Notes: a model not told the origin generated them from the letters alone. 64,000 nucleotides of DNA from Eubacteriaceae bacterium (GCA_012522805.1 JAAYJS010000033.1:21889-85888); one strand, 5' to 3'; shown: positions 1 to 9,495, counted from the stretch's first letter. A program made the numbers and translations.

Positions 1-1192
1 TGAAATTACTCAAATTGGTTTAAAAACATATTGTGATCCTAGATTATCCGGTGGAAAGATGAATGAAAAAACCACCGAAGATTTGGTTGAATTGATCGAG
101 ATAGACGGTAAAGAGTATTTGAAATATAAAGCGCCTATGATCGATGTCGGTATTATCAGAGGGACCACCAGCGATGAATTTGGAAACATTACAATGGAAG
201 AAGAATCTGCCTATATCGATGCTTTAGACATCGCAATGGCAGCGAAAGCCAGTGGTGGTAAAGTCATCGCTCAAGTAAAAAATATTGTGTCCTCGTCTTC
301 CATCGATCGTCAACAAGTAGTTGTTCCAGGTGTTTTTGTAGATGCAGTTGTACAAACTACGAATCCTGAAGAATACCACAGACAAACGCCGGGTTCTTTT
401 TACGATCCTTTAATAGCGGGTCATTATAAGTCCGATTTATTTTCTTTTAAAGATATGAATTTGGATGCTAGAAAAGTCATTGCACGACGTGCTGCTATGG
501 AGTGTAAAGAAGATATCGTGGTCAATTTAGGTATTGGTATTCCCGAAGGTGTGGCATCGGTAGCCAATGAGGAAGGTCTCAGCGGTATGGTATTAACCAT
601 TGAGAGTGGGTTAATTGGCGGTTTTCCATTAGGTGGGTTTGACTTCGGTTCAGCAGTCAATTCATGGGCTGGTTTGCCGATGACCTCTCAATTTGACTAT
701 TATAACCATGGTGGATTGGATATTACCTTCTTAGGTTTTGCGGAAGTTAACCCCATGGGGGATATCAATGTCAGCCGTTTTGGATCGAGAATTGCCGGTT
801 GTGGCGGTTTTATCGATATCACTCAAAGCACAAAAAATATTGTGTTTTGTGGAACTTTAACTGCGGGTGGATTGGAAGTCGCTGTTGAAGACGGAAAACT
901 GAAAATTATCCAAGAAGGACGTAGAAAAAAATTCTTGCCGACCATCGAGCAAGTAACCTATAGTGCGGAATTCGGCTTAGAAAACGGACAAAATGTACTA
1001 TTTATAACTGAAAGATGTGTGTTTAAACCTAGCGAAAAAGGTTTGGTATTGGTGGAAGTAGCACCGGGTATCGATATTCAAAAAGATATTATCGATCAAA
1101 TGGACTTCAAACCCATTATAGCGGACAATGTAGAGACGATGGACGAAAGACTATTTAAAAATGCTTTGATGGGCTTAGCAAATAACAAATAA
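1..1192 (+). CDS. Acyl-CoA:carboxylate CoA-transferase (family I, Pct/YdiF-like), 5'-truncated by the window edge
   Basis: The frame of the 59..1192 ORF is open back to base 2, with no stop, so the gene starts upstream. The translation has GIGIPEGV and TIESGLIGG (catalytic Glu-x-Gly) type motifs typical of propionate/acetate CoA-transferases of about 520 aa. Confidence 0.8.
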   Translation, partial: EITQIGLKTYCDPRLSGGKMNEKTTEDLVELIEIDGKEYLKYKAPMIDVGIIRGTTSDEFGNITMEEESAYIDALDIAMAAKASGGKVIAQVKNIVSSSSIDRQQVVVPGVFVDAVVQTTNPEEYHRQTPGSFYDPLIAGHYKSDLFSFKDMNLDARKVIARRAAMECKEDIVVNLGIGIPEGVASVANEEGLSGMVLTIESGLIGGFPLGGFDFGSAVNSWAGLPMTSQFDYYNHGGLDITFLGFAEVNPMGDINVSRFGSRIAGCGGFIDITQSTKNIVFCGTLTAGGLEVAVEDGKLKIIQEGRRKKFLPTIEQVTYSAEFGLENGQNVLFITERCVFKPSEKGLVLVEVAPGIDIQKDIIDQMDFKPIIADNVETMDERLFKNALMGLANNK

Positions 1193-1209
1193 AGAACAGA
1201 GGAAAAAAC

Positions 1210-2532
1210 ATGGAATTTGTAGCAGCAATTGGATTAATTATTGGTATTGCGGTCATGATCGTCTTAACCTTTAGGGGACACCATATTTTTGTGGGTTCCT
1301 TAACCGGGGGCGCCATTGTCATTTTGACAAATAGAATCAATGCCGTTATGGCGTTAACAGAAGGTTACTTGACCAGTATGGCCGGTTTTGTTCAGTCATT
1401 TTTATTCATGTTCCTTTTCGGAGCAATTTTAGGTCAATTTATGTCGGAAAGCGGTGCGGCAAAAGCCATTGCTTACAAAGTTATCGACATTTTTGGTAAA
1501 TCTAGAGCTATACTCATCTTAGTTCTAGTGACAGCAGTTTTAACTTACGGTGGTGTTTCCGTTTTTGTCGTCATTTTCTCCGTTTACCCCATTGCTCTTT
1601 ATCTATTTAAAGAAGCGGAAATTCCGAAGCGACTGATTCCCGGTTGTGTAAACCTCGGTGGTGGTACCTTTACCATGACGTGCTTACCTGGAACACCGGC
1701 ATTGACCAACGTGATCCCTACCCAATACTTAGGAACGACGACTACGGCCGCTCCAGTTCTGGGCATCATTTGCGGTATTACTATGTTTACTTTGGGTATG
1801 TTTTATTTAACTTGGGAAGCGAGAAGGTTAAAGGGCAGAGGATTGGGCTTTGTACCCGGAGAAGGCGAAGTCGTTGGATCCGTTTCTGAGGAAGAAAGAA
1901 AAACATTGCCGAGTTTTGCATTGTCAGTGTTACCGATCTTGATTATTTTTATTACCAATGTCAGCGGTCCGATATTCTTAGGTTTAAATGCAAACTTTTC
2001 AGTCTCTTTAGGATTGCTTTTAGCAGTTTTTTACTGTTATCTTGTTTTTAGAAACAGATACACAGATGTTAAAGGCATGGTTACCAAGGGTTCCCAAGGT
2101 GCTATTATGGCTTTAGTCAACACGGCAGCTATTGTTGGGTTTGGCGGTATCGTTAAGGTTGCGCCGGCTTTCGAAAGCTTTGTTAACATGGCAGCGGGCT
2201 TGCCTTTTTCACCGATTGTATCCATGATCTTAGGTGTAAATATCGTTGCTGGTATCACCGGTTCTTCTAGTGGTGGTTTAACAATTTTCTATAACACGAT
2301 GGCAGAAAAATTCATGGCGGAAAACATCAACATACAAGTATTCCACAGAATCTCTTCCATAGCAGCTGGTTGCTTGGATTCGCTACCCCATGCAGGTCCC
2401 AATATTACCATTTTAAATGTTACAAAACTAACCTATGCTGAAGGTTATTATCCGGTCTTTGTAATAACTTGCGTGATTCCGCTTATAACGGTAACCTTAG
2501 CCACGATACTCGCCACCATGGGTGTCGTGTAA
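1210..2532 (+). CDS. GntP-family anion/hydroxy-acid:H+ permease
   Basis: The 440-aa polytopic membrane protein has N- and C-terminal halves resembling the gluconate/3-hydroxybutyrate permease family. An RBS (gaggaaaa) lies upstream and the gene starts 17 nt after the CoA-transferase stop. Confidence 0.7.
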   Translation: MEFVAAIGLIIGIAVMIVLTFRGHHIFVGSLTGGAIVILTNRINAVMALTEGYLTSMAGFVQSFLFMFLFGAILGQFMSESGAAKAIAYKVIDIFGKSRAILILVLVTAVLTYGGVSVFVVIFSVYPIALYLFKEAEIPKRLIPGCVNLGGGTFTMTCLPGTPALTNVIPTQYLGTTTTAAPVLGIICGITMFTLGMFYLTWEARRLKGRGLGFVPGEGEVVGSVSEEERKTLPSFALSVLPILIIFITNVSGPIFLGLNANFSVSLGLLLAVFYCYLVFRNRYTDVKGMVTKGSQGAIMALVNTAAIVGFGGIVKVAPAFESFVNMAAGLPFSPIVSMILGVNIVAGITGSSSGGLTIFYNTMAEKFMAENINIQVFHRISSIAAGCLDSLPHAGPNITILNVTKLTYAEGYYPVFVITCVIPLITVTLATILATMGVV

Positions 2533-2553
2533 AGTTTTGCAAAGGAAATATGC

Positions 2554-3315
2554 ATGATTAAACTTACAATCAATGAAGGTATTGCGACGGTTGTTTTCGA
2601 CCGCCCCGATGCCATGAATGCTTTAAACTCAGAAGTTATTGATGCGTTGTCGAAAGCAATTGAAACCATCGAAAGCGACAATTCTGTGAAAGTCGTAGTC
2701 TTTACAGGCGCAGGTAAAGCTTTTATCGCAGGTGCGGATATCAAAGAGATGGAATGTTTACGAGGGGATGAAATTAGGAATTTTTCAAAGAAAGGTAGAG
2801 ATCTTTTTAGAAAAATAGAAATGTTAACGATTCCTACCATTGCGGCGATTAACGGTTATGCCTTTGGTGGCGGTGTCGAATTCGCATTGAGCTGCACCCT
2901 CAGAATTGCTTCGGAAAAAGCAAAATTCGGACTGCCGGAAGCGACTTTAGGCATTATTCCCGGTTTTTCCGGAACACAAAGATTGCCGAGAGTAGTCGGC
3001 AAATCCTATGCACTGTACTTAATGTTAACCGGAGCGACTATCGATGCCCAAGCAGCTTTAGATCACAATCTTGTTACTGAGATACATACATCGGAGGAGT
3101 TAATGGATGCGACCATACTTTTGGCAAAACGTATTGCAAAAAGTTCTAAGCAAGCGGTGGAAAAAATCTTAACCGCTGTAAACTTAGGAATGGAAGCACC
3201 AATCGACTCTGCCTTAGAAATTGAAACGGGTTTAATGGCAAACGCCTTCGGAACCAAAGATCAAATCGAAGGCATGGCGGCTTTCAGAGAAAAAAGAAAG
3301 CCAAATTTTGAATAA
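2554..3315 (+). CDS. Enoyl-CoA hydratase (crotonase fold, S-specific type)
   Basis: The 253-aa protein has the crotonase signature VVVFTGAGKAFIAGADIKEM and ...NGYAFGGGVEFAL. Confidence 0.9.
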   Translation: MIKLTINEGIATVVFDRPDAMNALNSEVIDALSKAIETIESDNSVKVVVFTGAGKAFIAGADIKEMECLRGDEIRNFSKKGRDLFRKIEMLTIPTIAAINGYAFGGGVEFALSCTLRIASEKAKFGLPEATLGIIPGFSGTQRLPRVVGKSYALYLMLTGATIDAQAALDHNLVTEIHTSEELMDATILLAKRIAKSSKQAVEKILTAVNLGMEAPIDSALEIETGLMANAFGTKDQIEGMAAFREKRKPNFE

Positions 3316-3331
3316 TATAATGAGGTGAAAT

Positions 3332-3784
3332 ATGTCAACGGAAGCTAAAGGCTTGTACGCCGAAGAATTTGAAATTGGAAAAACTTATACAAGCCAAGGA
3401 AGAACAATTACAGAAACAGATGTGGTTAATTTTGCGGGATTGTCCGGAGATTTTAATGTTTTGCACACTAATGAAGAAGTAGCAAAAAAAGGTGTGTTTA
3501 AAGGGCGTATTGCCCACGGCATGTTGGGTGCATCCATAATGACCGGTTTATCCAACCAAATGGGTCTTTTTGATGGCACCACTATCGCTTTTCTTGAATT
3601 GACTATACGCTATAAAAGTCCTTTAAAAATCGGAGATACGATTCATTTAGAAATTGTTCCGGAAGAATACATCCCCAGTTCAAAACCCGGTAGAGGCATT
3701 GTCAAATTCCTTACAAAATTGGTCAATCAAGATGGAGTATTAGTAACGGAAGCGCCTTGGACAATTATGATGAAAGCAAAATAG
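3332..3784 (+). CDS. MaoC-like (R)-specific enoyl-CoA hydratase/dehydratase (hot-dog fold)
   Basis: The 150-aa protein has the FAGLSGDFNVLHTNEE...GRIAHGML motif typical of MaoC/PhaJ dehydratases. Confidence 0.85.
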   Translation: MSTEAKGLYAEEFEIGKTYTSQGRTITETDVVNFAGLSGDFNVLHTNEEVAKKGVFKGRIAHGMLGASIMTGLSNQMGLFDGTTIAFLELTIRYKSPLKIGDTIHLEIVPEEYIPSSKPGRGIVKFLTKLVNQDGVLVTEAPWTIMMKAK

Positions 3785-3797
3785 TCAGGAGGTTTAG

Positions 3798-4934
3798 ATG
3801 AATTTTTCTAAAGAACATGATATGATCAGAAATCTTGCCAGAGAGTTCGCAGAGAAAGAATTGACAAAAGAATTTCTGGAAGAAGTTGAAGAGACTGGAG
3901 AATTTTCTGAAGATGTTATCAAAAAAATGGCAGATTGTGGATTTTTCGGTATTAAGACACCTAAAAAATACGGTGGATCTGGTTCCGATCATGTGGCCTA
4001 CGTTATTGTTATGGAGGAAATTGCCAAAGCAAGCGGTGTAGCCAGTATTTATGTTTCTGGTCCGAACTCTCTAGTAGGGACACCTATTTTGATGTCCGGA
4101 ACAGAAGAACAAAAACAAAAATATTTGAGAATATTGGCAAAGGGAGAATCCTTGATGTGTTTTGGTTTAACAGAACCCGGTGCAGGATCAGATGCAGGGA
4201 GCATGACGTCTTTTGCAGTGTTAGACGGAGACCACTATATTATTAATGGACGTAAAACCTTTATCACCGCCGCTCCATTGTCTGATTATGGTGTTATATA
4301 TGCCAAAACCGATCGCTCCTTAGGTTCTAGAGGTATTTCCGCATTTATTGTGGATCTTCACTCAGAAGGGGTCAGCTTTGGAAAACCAGAAGATAAAATG
4401 GGTTTAATCGGTTGTGCGACTTCGGATATTATTTTTGAAAATGTCAAAGTACCGAAGGAAAACTTATTGGGCAGAGAAGGCAGAGGTTTTACCAACGCTA
4501 TGAAAGCCTTGGATACAGGTCGCATTGGTATTGCGGCACAATCCATCGGTATTGCAGCGGCTGCCTTAGAAGAAAGCATCGACTACGCAAAGGACAGAAA
4601 ACAATTTGGTACTTCAATCGCTTCATTCCAAGGTATTAAATTCATGCTTGCTGAAATGGCGACAAAATTAGAAGCGGCAAGACTACTAACTTATGAAGCG
4701 GCAAGACAAAAAGATGCAGGCATGGACACATCAAAAATAGCCTCGATGGCAAAATATTATGCCTCGGAAGTATGCAATGACATCTGTGGAAAAGCGGTAC
4801 AAATCCATGGCGGCTATGGATTTATCAAAGATTATAAAGTTGAAAGGCTGTATAGAGATGCTAGAGTATTGACCATTTACGAAGGTACCTCTCAAATTCA
4901 ACAAATAGTTATCGCTGGACAGCTATTGAAATAG
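3798..4934 (+). CDS. Short-chain acyl-CoA dehydrogenase (butyryl-CoA dehydrogenase-like)
   Basis: The 378-aa protein matches the ACAD family along its length (GLTEPGAGSD, ...IYEGTSQIQ). The gene lies immediately upstream of etfBA. Confidence 0.9.
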   Translation: MNFSKEHDMIRNLAREFAEKELTKEFLEEVEETGEFSEDVIKKMADCGFFGIKTPKKYGGSGSDHVAYVIVMEEIAKASGVASIYVSGPNSLVGTPILMSGTEEQKQKYLRILAKGESLMCFGLTEPGAGSDAGSMTSFAVLDGDHYIINGRKTFITAAPLSDYGVIYAKTDRSLGSRGISAFIVDLHSEGVSFGKPEDKMGLIGCATSDIIFENVKVPKENLLGREGRGFTNAMKALDTGRIGIAAQSIGIAAAALEESIDYAKDRKQFGTSIASFQGIKFMLAEMATKLEAARLLTYEAARQKDAGMDTSKIASMAKYYASEVCNDICGKAVQIHGGYGFIKDYKVERLYRDARVLTIYEGTSQIQQIVIAGQLLK

Positions 4935-4944
4935 GAGGCAACCG

Positions 4945-5739
4945 ATGAAAATAGTAGTATGTATTAAACAAGTACCAGATACAAATGTTGTAAGATTAGA
5001 TCCTGTTACAAACACGCTTATCAGAGAGGGTGTGCCGAGCATCATTAACCCGGATGATAAAGCGGGTTTAGAAGCGGCTCTTCAAATCAAAGATACTAAT
5101 CCTGAAGAAATTGAAGTCACAGTATTGACCATGGGGCCACCTCAAGCTGAGGAAGCTTTGAGAGAAGCTTTGGCTATGGGCGCGGATCATGCGATCTTAC
5201 TCACCGATAGAGCTTTTGGTGGTGCCGACACATGGGCCACCTCTAATACCATTGCAGGTGCTTTAAGAAATTTAAATTATGACTTAATTATTACTGGTAG
5301 ACAAGCTATCGACGGCGATACGGCTCAAGTTGGACCACAAATAGCCGAACATCTTAAACTGCCACAGGTTTCCTATGTAGAAAATGTGGAACCGGGAGAG
5401 GATTACATTCGAGTTAGAAGACAATTTGAGGATAGATATCACATCTTAAAAGTACAATTACCTTGCTTAATCACGACGCTTACCGAATTGTCAGAACCAA
5501 GATACATGTCGATTGGTAAAATTAGAGACGCTTATGAAAAAGAAATTACCATTTGGGGATTAGCAGATATCGAAGACAAACTCGATAAAGCCAATCTAGG
5601 ATTAAAAGGCTCACCCACCAGAGTTAAAAAATCTTTCCCCAAAAGCGGAAAGGGTGTCGGAGAAAAATACGATGATCTGACATCCGATGAAGCGGCACAA
5701 AAAATCATCGAAAAATTAAAAGAAAAATATATCATATAA
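4945..5739 (+). CDS. etfB: Electron transfer flavoprotein beta subunit
   Basis: The 264-aa protein starts MKIVVCIKQVPD..., a typical EtfB N-terminus. Confidence 0.92.
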   Translation: MKIVVCIKQVPDTNVVRLDPVTNTLIREGVPSIINPDDKAGLEAALQIKDTNPEEIEVTVLTMGPPQAEEALREALAMGADHAILLTDRAFGGADTWATSNTIAGALRNLNYDLIITGRQAIDGDTAQVGPQIAEHLKLPQVSYVENVEPGEDYIRVRRQFEDRYHILKVQLPCLITTLTELSEPRYMSIGKIRDAYEKEITIWGLADIEDKLDKANLGLKGSPTRVKKSFPKSGKGVGEKYDDLTSDEAAQKIIEKLKEKYII

Positions 5740-5754
5740 GGAGGTGACACAGAA

Positions 5755-6765
5755 ATGTACAAAGATGTATTTGTATTCATAGAACAAAGAGATAATCTAC
5801 TTAGCAAAGTAGGTATCGAATTGCTTGGAAAAGCAAGAGAACTGGCTGATGAACGAAAACAATACGTTGTGGCCGTACTGGTAGGAGAGAAGGTTCAGAA
5901 CTACTGCGACACGCTGATCAAACATGGTGCGGATAAAGTGGTGGTTGTAGAAGATCCTATTTTAAAAGAATATATGACTGAACCCTATACAAAAGCAGTT
6001 TATCATATTATTGAAACCTACAAACCGGAAATTATGCTCTTCGGTGCCACCTCCATCGGGAGAGACTTAGCACCGAGGTTGGCGGCTCGTGTCCATACCG
6101 GCTTGACAGCTGATTGTACTAAATTAGAAATAGACCCTGAAACCGGTCTTCTAATGATGACCAGACCGGCCTTTGGTGGTAACTTGATGGCAACAATCCT
6201 TTGCGAAAATCATAGACCTCAGATGGCAACGGTACGCCCAGGTGTTATGGAATCTATGGCAAAAGACGAGAAGAGAACCGGCGAGATTTTCATTGAAGAA
6301 ATGACCTTTTCCCAAGAAGACGTGAATGTAGAGATCGAAGAAGTCATTAAGACAGAAAGCAAGAAAAAAGACATAACGGAAGCTCGTATTCTCGTATCTG
6401 CCGGTCGTGGTATCGGCGGTCCCGAAGGTTTAAAACCTCTAGAAAGTTTTGCACAAGTGATAGATGCAGAAGTATCCTCATCCAGAGCTGTTGTTGACTC
6501 CGATTGGATTGCGAAAGATAGACAGGTCGGTCAAACAGGTAAAACGGTTAGACCGGAAGTGTATTTTGCTATCGGTATTTCAGGAGCCGTTCAGCATTTA
6601 GCCGGTATGGAAGAATCTGATTTAATCATAGCTGTAAACAAAGACGAAAAAGCACCAATTTTCGATGTTGCAGATCTTGGCATCGTCGGTGATTTAAATG
6701 AGATCGTTCCCAAATTGACAGAATTAATGGAAAAAGAATTGGCCATAAAAGAAGATATCGAGTAA
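5755..6765 (+). CDS. etfA: Electron transfer flavoprotein alpha subunit
   Basis: The 336-aa protein has the C-terminal FAD-binding motif AIGISGAVQHLAGM. Confidence 0.92.
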   Translation: MYKDVFVFIEQRDNLLSKVGIELLGKARELADERKQYVVAVLVGEKVQNYCDTLIKHGADKVVVVEDPILKEYMTEPYTKAVYHIIETYKPEIMLFGATSIGRDLAPRLAARVHTGLTADCTKLEIDPETGLLMMTRPAFGGNLMATILCENHRPQMATVRPGVMESMAKDEKRTGEIFIEEMTFSQEDVNVEIEEVIKTESKKKDITEARILVSAGRGIGGPEGLKPLESFAQVIDAEVSSSRAVVDSDWIAKDRQVGQTGKTVRPEVYFAIGISGAVQHLAGMEESDLIIAVNKDEKAPIFDVADLGIVGDLNEIVPKLTELMEKELAIKEDIE

Positions 6766-6780
6766 AGTTCACAATCCTAC

Positions 6781-6809
6781 AAAAAAACCCGAGCAATCGG
6801 GTTTTTTTA
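6781..6809 (+). terminator. Rho-independent terminator of the etf operon
   Basis: The sequence is aaaaaaaCCCGAgcaaTCGGGttttttt, a GC stem followed by a T7 run. Confidence 0.85.
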
Positions 6810-6815
6810 TTTCAA

Positions 6816-6867
6816 TTGACAACTGTTATCAACTGTACTATACTGTTATGCATAATGTATGATACAT
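6816..6867 (+). promoter_or_regulatory. Sigma-A-type promoter with candidate operator repeats for the GntR/ABC operon
   Basis: TTGACA (6816-6821) is followed by a 17-nt spacer and TATACT (6839-6844). ACTGT recurs at 6822, 6832 and 6842, a 10-bp phase. The palindrome ATGTAT-g-ATACAT lies at 6855-6867. Confidence 0.6.
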
Positions 6868-6886
6868 GATTCAATAAGGAGTTCTT

Positions 6887-7273
6887 ATGAAGATTTTGAT
6901 CAGCAATCATAGCAGCATCCCTTTATATGAACAGATCAAAAACGCGATGAGAGAGGCAATACTATCCGGAGATTTAAAAGAAGACGAAAAGTTACCTTCT
7001 ATCCGTGCCATGGCTAAGGAATTAAAAGTTGCAATCCTAACGGTTAAAAAAGCCTACGATGCATTGGAAGCTGAGGGATACCTCGTCAGCCGTCAGGGGC
7101 TGGGCTCCTTTGTTGCCCCTAAAAACTTAGAATTGGAACGGGAAGAGCGACAAAAAGAATTGGAAGCGCATCTCATCAAAGCAGTTTCAATTGCCCGGCA
7201 ATTTGATGTTTCTAAAACGGAAATGTTTGAATTGTTGGATTATATCTACGAGAGTGAGAACAATGAACAATAG
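6887..7273 (+). CDS. GntR-family transcriptional regulator, short YtrA-like subfamily
   Basis: The 128-aa protein has an N-terminal winged-helix region (PLYEQIKNAMREAILSGDLKEDEKLPSIRAMAKELKV) and only a short C-terminal helical tail. Confidence 0.85.
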   Translation: MKILISNHSSIPLYEQIKNAMREAILSGDLKEDEKLPSIRAMAKELKVAILTVKKAYDALEAEGYLVSRQGLGSFVAPKNLELEREERQKELEAHLIKAVSIARQFDVSKTEMFELLDYIYESENNEQ

Positions 7274-8117
7274 GATTGAAATAAAAAAATTGACCAAACA
7301 CTACGAAACCTTTTTTTTAGATGATGTATCTTTCAAGGTACCCAAGGGTTACATTACCGGTTTTATCGGGCCCAACGGTTCCGGTAAAACCACAACCATC
7401 AAAAGTATTTTATCTCTGATTCATCAATATAAGGGTACCATTCTCTACAACGGCCAAGATATCTGTGGGGAGAACAAAAGTTATGTGGAAGATATCGGCA
7501 TTGTGATGGATTCCACTTTCTTAGCGAAGGACTGGACAATCAAAAATGTTGAACGTGCCATGTCCGTCGGTTATTCCAATTGGGATCAACACCAATTTGA
7601 AGACTATTTAAAAGTTTTTGAAATTGATCAGACACTCAAGGTGAAGGAACTCTCTAGGGGGATGAACACCAAGTTGATGTTGGCCATTGCTTTTTCACAT
7701 CAGGCAAAAACATTAATTCTGGACGAACCCACCTCCGGCTTGGATCCCATCATTCGAGATGAATTCAGAGAGATTTTACAAGCATACGTGGAAGATGAGG
7801 AACATACGGTTTTATTTTCGACGCATATTACCCAAGATTTAGAAGCCATTGCCGACTATATTGTTTTTATACAAGGTGGAAAGATTTATTTTACGGGATC
7901 TGTGGATGATTTTTTAAACAGGTATGTGATTGTAAAAGCCGGCTTAGACGAGGCCGATACCATCGAAGCATCTGCCATTATCGGTTCTCGCCAATATCAC
8001 ACCCGTTTCGAGGCTATGATTCTGAGAGAAGACTTGCCGAAAATTTCGGATCATTGGATTGTAGAAAAGCCGACCATCGATCAAATCATGGTCTTTCACA
8101 AAAGGGGAAACAATTGA
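7263..8117 (+). CDS. ABC transporter ATP-binding protein (YtrB-like)
   Basis: Walker A GPNGSGKTT, signature LSRGM and Walker B LILDEP are present. The start is moved to the in-frame ATG at 7263 (MNNRIEIKKL), which overlaps the GntR stop. The ORF-track start at 7191 lies inside the GntR gene. Confidence 0.85.
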   Translation: MNNRIEIKKLTKHYETFFLDDVSFKVPKGYITGFIGPNGSGKTTTIKSILSLIHQYKGTILYNGQDICGENKSYVEDIGIVMDSTFLAKDWTIKNVERAMSVGYSNWDQHQFEDYLKVFEIDQTLKVKELSRGMNTKLMLAIAFSHQAKTLILDEPTSGLDPIIRDEFREILQAYVEDEEHTVLFSTHITQDLEAIADYIVFIQGGKIYFTGSVDDFLNRYVIVKAGLDEADTIEASAIIGSRQYHTRFEAMILREDLPKISDHWIVEKPTIDQIMVFHKRGNN

Positions 8118-8779
8118 AAAACATCAAGAAAATCATTATCTTGGATTTTTTAGCGATCCAATCCTATTTGACATTTAAAAATTTTGCAATTTATTTTGTT
8201 TTCGCGATGCTCTACGGCTTGATCAGCAAAACACCGATTACGGTACTTTATACCTTGAGTTTTGCAGCTGTACTGTATTCATCCTATCCGTATTTCGTTG
8301 GGGATGAATCCGGAATTGATGCTCTATACAAAATTTTTGGAATCCAGGCAAAATCCGTCGTCTTTGGTCGATACATCTTTATGTATCTGATGAACTTATG
8401 CGCGATCCTCATGGGTATTATCATGTTTTTAATGATAAATCTGGCATTGAAGCAACCCGTACAATTGGAGGGTTGGATATCATTGTCGGCCGGTTTTCTC
8501 TCAATATTTTTGGTGTCCACCGGCATATCTTTGTTACAATTCCCTTTATTTTTTAAATTCGGCTATGCAAAGGGAAAAATATTGACCATCATGCCCATGA
8601 TGTTGGTAGTGATTCTAACAGCAATTGTGATGGGATACTTTGGAGATTATCTCAAGAAAATGAATCTAGAAGCCATTGATCCCATTTCCATCATCAGCTT
8701 TGTAGGAGTCGTCTATCTGATTGTTTTAGTCGTTTCTATTCGCAGTTCGATTTTTTTCTATTTGAAAAAAGAATTGTGA
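8114..8779 (+). CDS. ABC-2-type membrane permease component
   Basis: The protein is hydrophobic with about six TM segments. The likely start is TTG at 8114, which overlaps the ATPase stop (TTGA) and follows aaagggga. The ORF-track start at 8054 lies inside the ATPase gene. Confidence 0.6.
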   Translation: MKNIKKIIILDFLAIQSYLTFKNFAIYFVFAMLYGLISKTPITVLYTLSFAAVLYSSYPYFVGDESGIDALYKIFGIQAKSVVFGRYIFMYLMNLCAILMGIIMFLMINLALKQPVQLEGWISLSAGFLSIFLVSTGISLLQFPLFFKFGYAKGKILTIMPMMLVVILTAIVMGYFGDYLKKMNLEAIDPISIISFVGVVYLIVLVVSIRSSIFFYLKKEL

Positions 8780-9037
8780 GGAATGTTATAAAAAATTCAA
8801 TCGTGTATCGGCTATTTTAATCTATTTTAAGTGAATCTTAGCTTGAATTTGATATAGTATTGAAAAGACTTAAAGATCAGTTTACTTTCTTCGTATAATG
8901 TATGTAAGAAACAGTTGGTTTAGGACCCATCGTTACAAGTGAAAGCGTTGTTGCACGATGGATGAAAATAAAAATAATTGATAATTGAGGTCTTGGTCTG
9001 TATAATAGATTTAACAACGTAGAAAGAGGTGTCTCAA

Positions 9038-9448
9038 ATGATTGAATTTGTTGTTGGTGCCAAAGGTAGCGGTAAAACGAAGAAAATGATCGACATGGCA
9101 AATGACGAATTGATAACCACGAAAGGCGATATTTTATTTATTAACGATAGAGATAGATACAGAGTAACAGTGGACACAAAAATACGCTTTATCAATACGG
9201 AAGAATTTGGCATAAAAGGAGAGGATCAACTATACGGATTTATTAGCGGCGTTTTGGCCAGCAATTATGATGTCAGTACGGTTTATCTGGACAATTTACT
9301 AAGAATATTAAATGCAGACGGCCCTGAACAGTTAGAGGGAACGTTAGAGAGACTTGATAAGCTGAATAAACAACAAGATGTTAAATTCGTTCTCAGTGTT
9401 AGTTGCGAAGAGGACAATTTACCTGAGAACCTAAAGAAATATATGTAA
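9038..9448 (+). CDS. Small P-loop NTPase-like protein of unknown function
   Basis: A Walker A motif GAKGSGKT lies at residues 7-14 and a possible Walker B at VYLDN. The ATG at 9038 is preceded by aagagg. A consensus promoter is present: TTGATA (8978-8983), a 17-nt spacer, then TATAAT (9001-9006). Confidence 0.6.
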   Translation: MIEFVVGAKGSGKTKKMIDMANDELITTKGDILFINDRDRYRVTVDTKIRFINTEEFGIKGEDQLYGFISGVLASNYDVSTVYLDNLLRILNADGPEQLEGTLERLDKLNKQQDVKFVLSVSCEEDNLPENLKKYM

Positions 9449-9467
9449 GCTCATTCAATCTATGACT

Positions 9468-9495
9468 GCCGATTGCGCTGCAATCGGCTTTATTT
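9468..9495 (+). terminator. Rho-independent terminator
   Basis: The sequence is GCCGATTGcgctgCAATCGGCtttattt. Confidence 0.75.

Noticed and set aside
8877-9101. A 74-aa minus-strand ORF crosses the P-loop gene start and its promoter.
   Set aside because: It is antisense to a well-supported promoter, RBS and start. It has no RBS of its own and is probably spurious.
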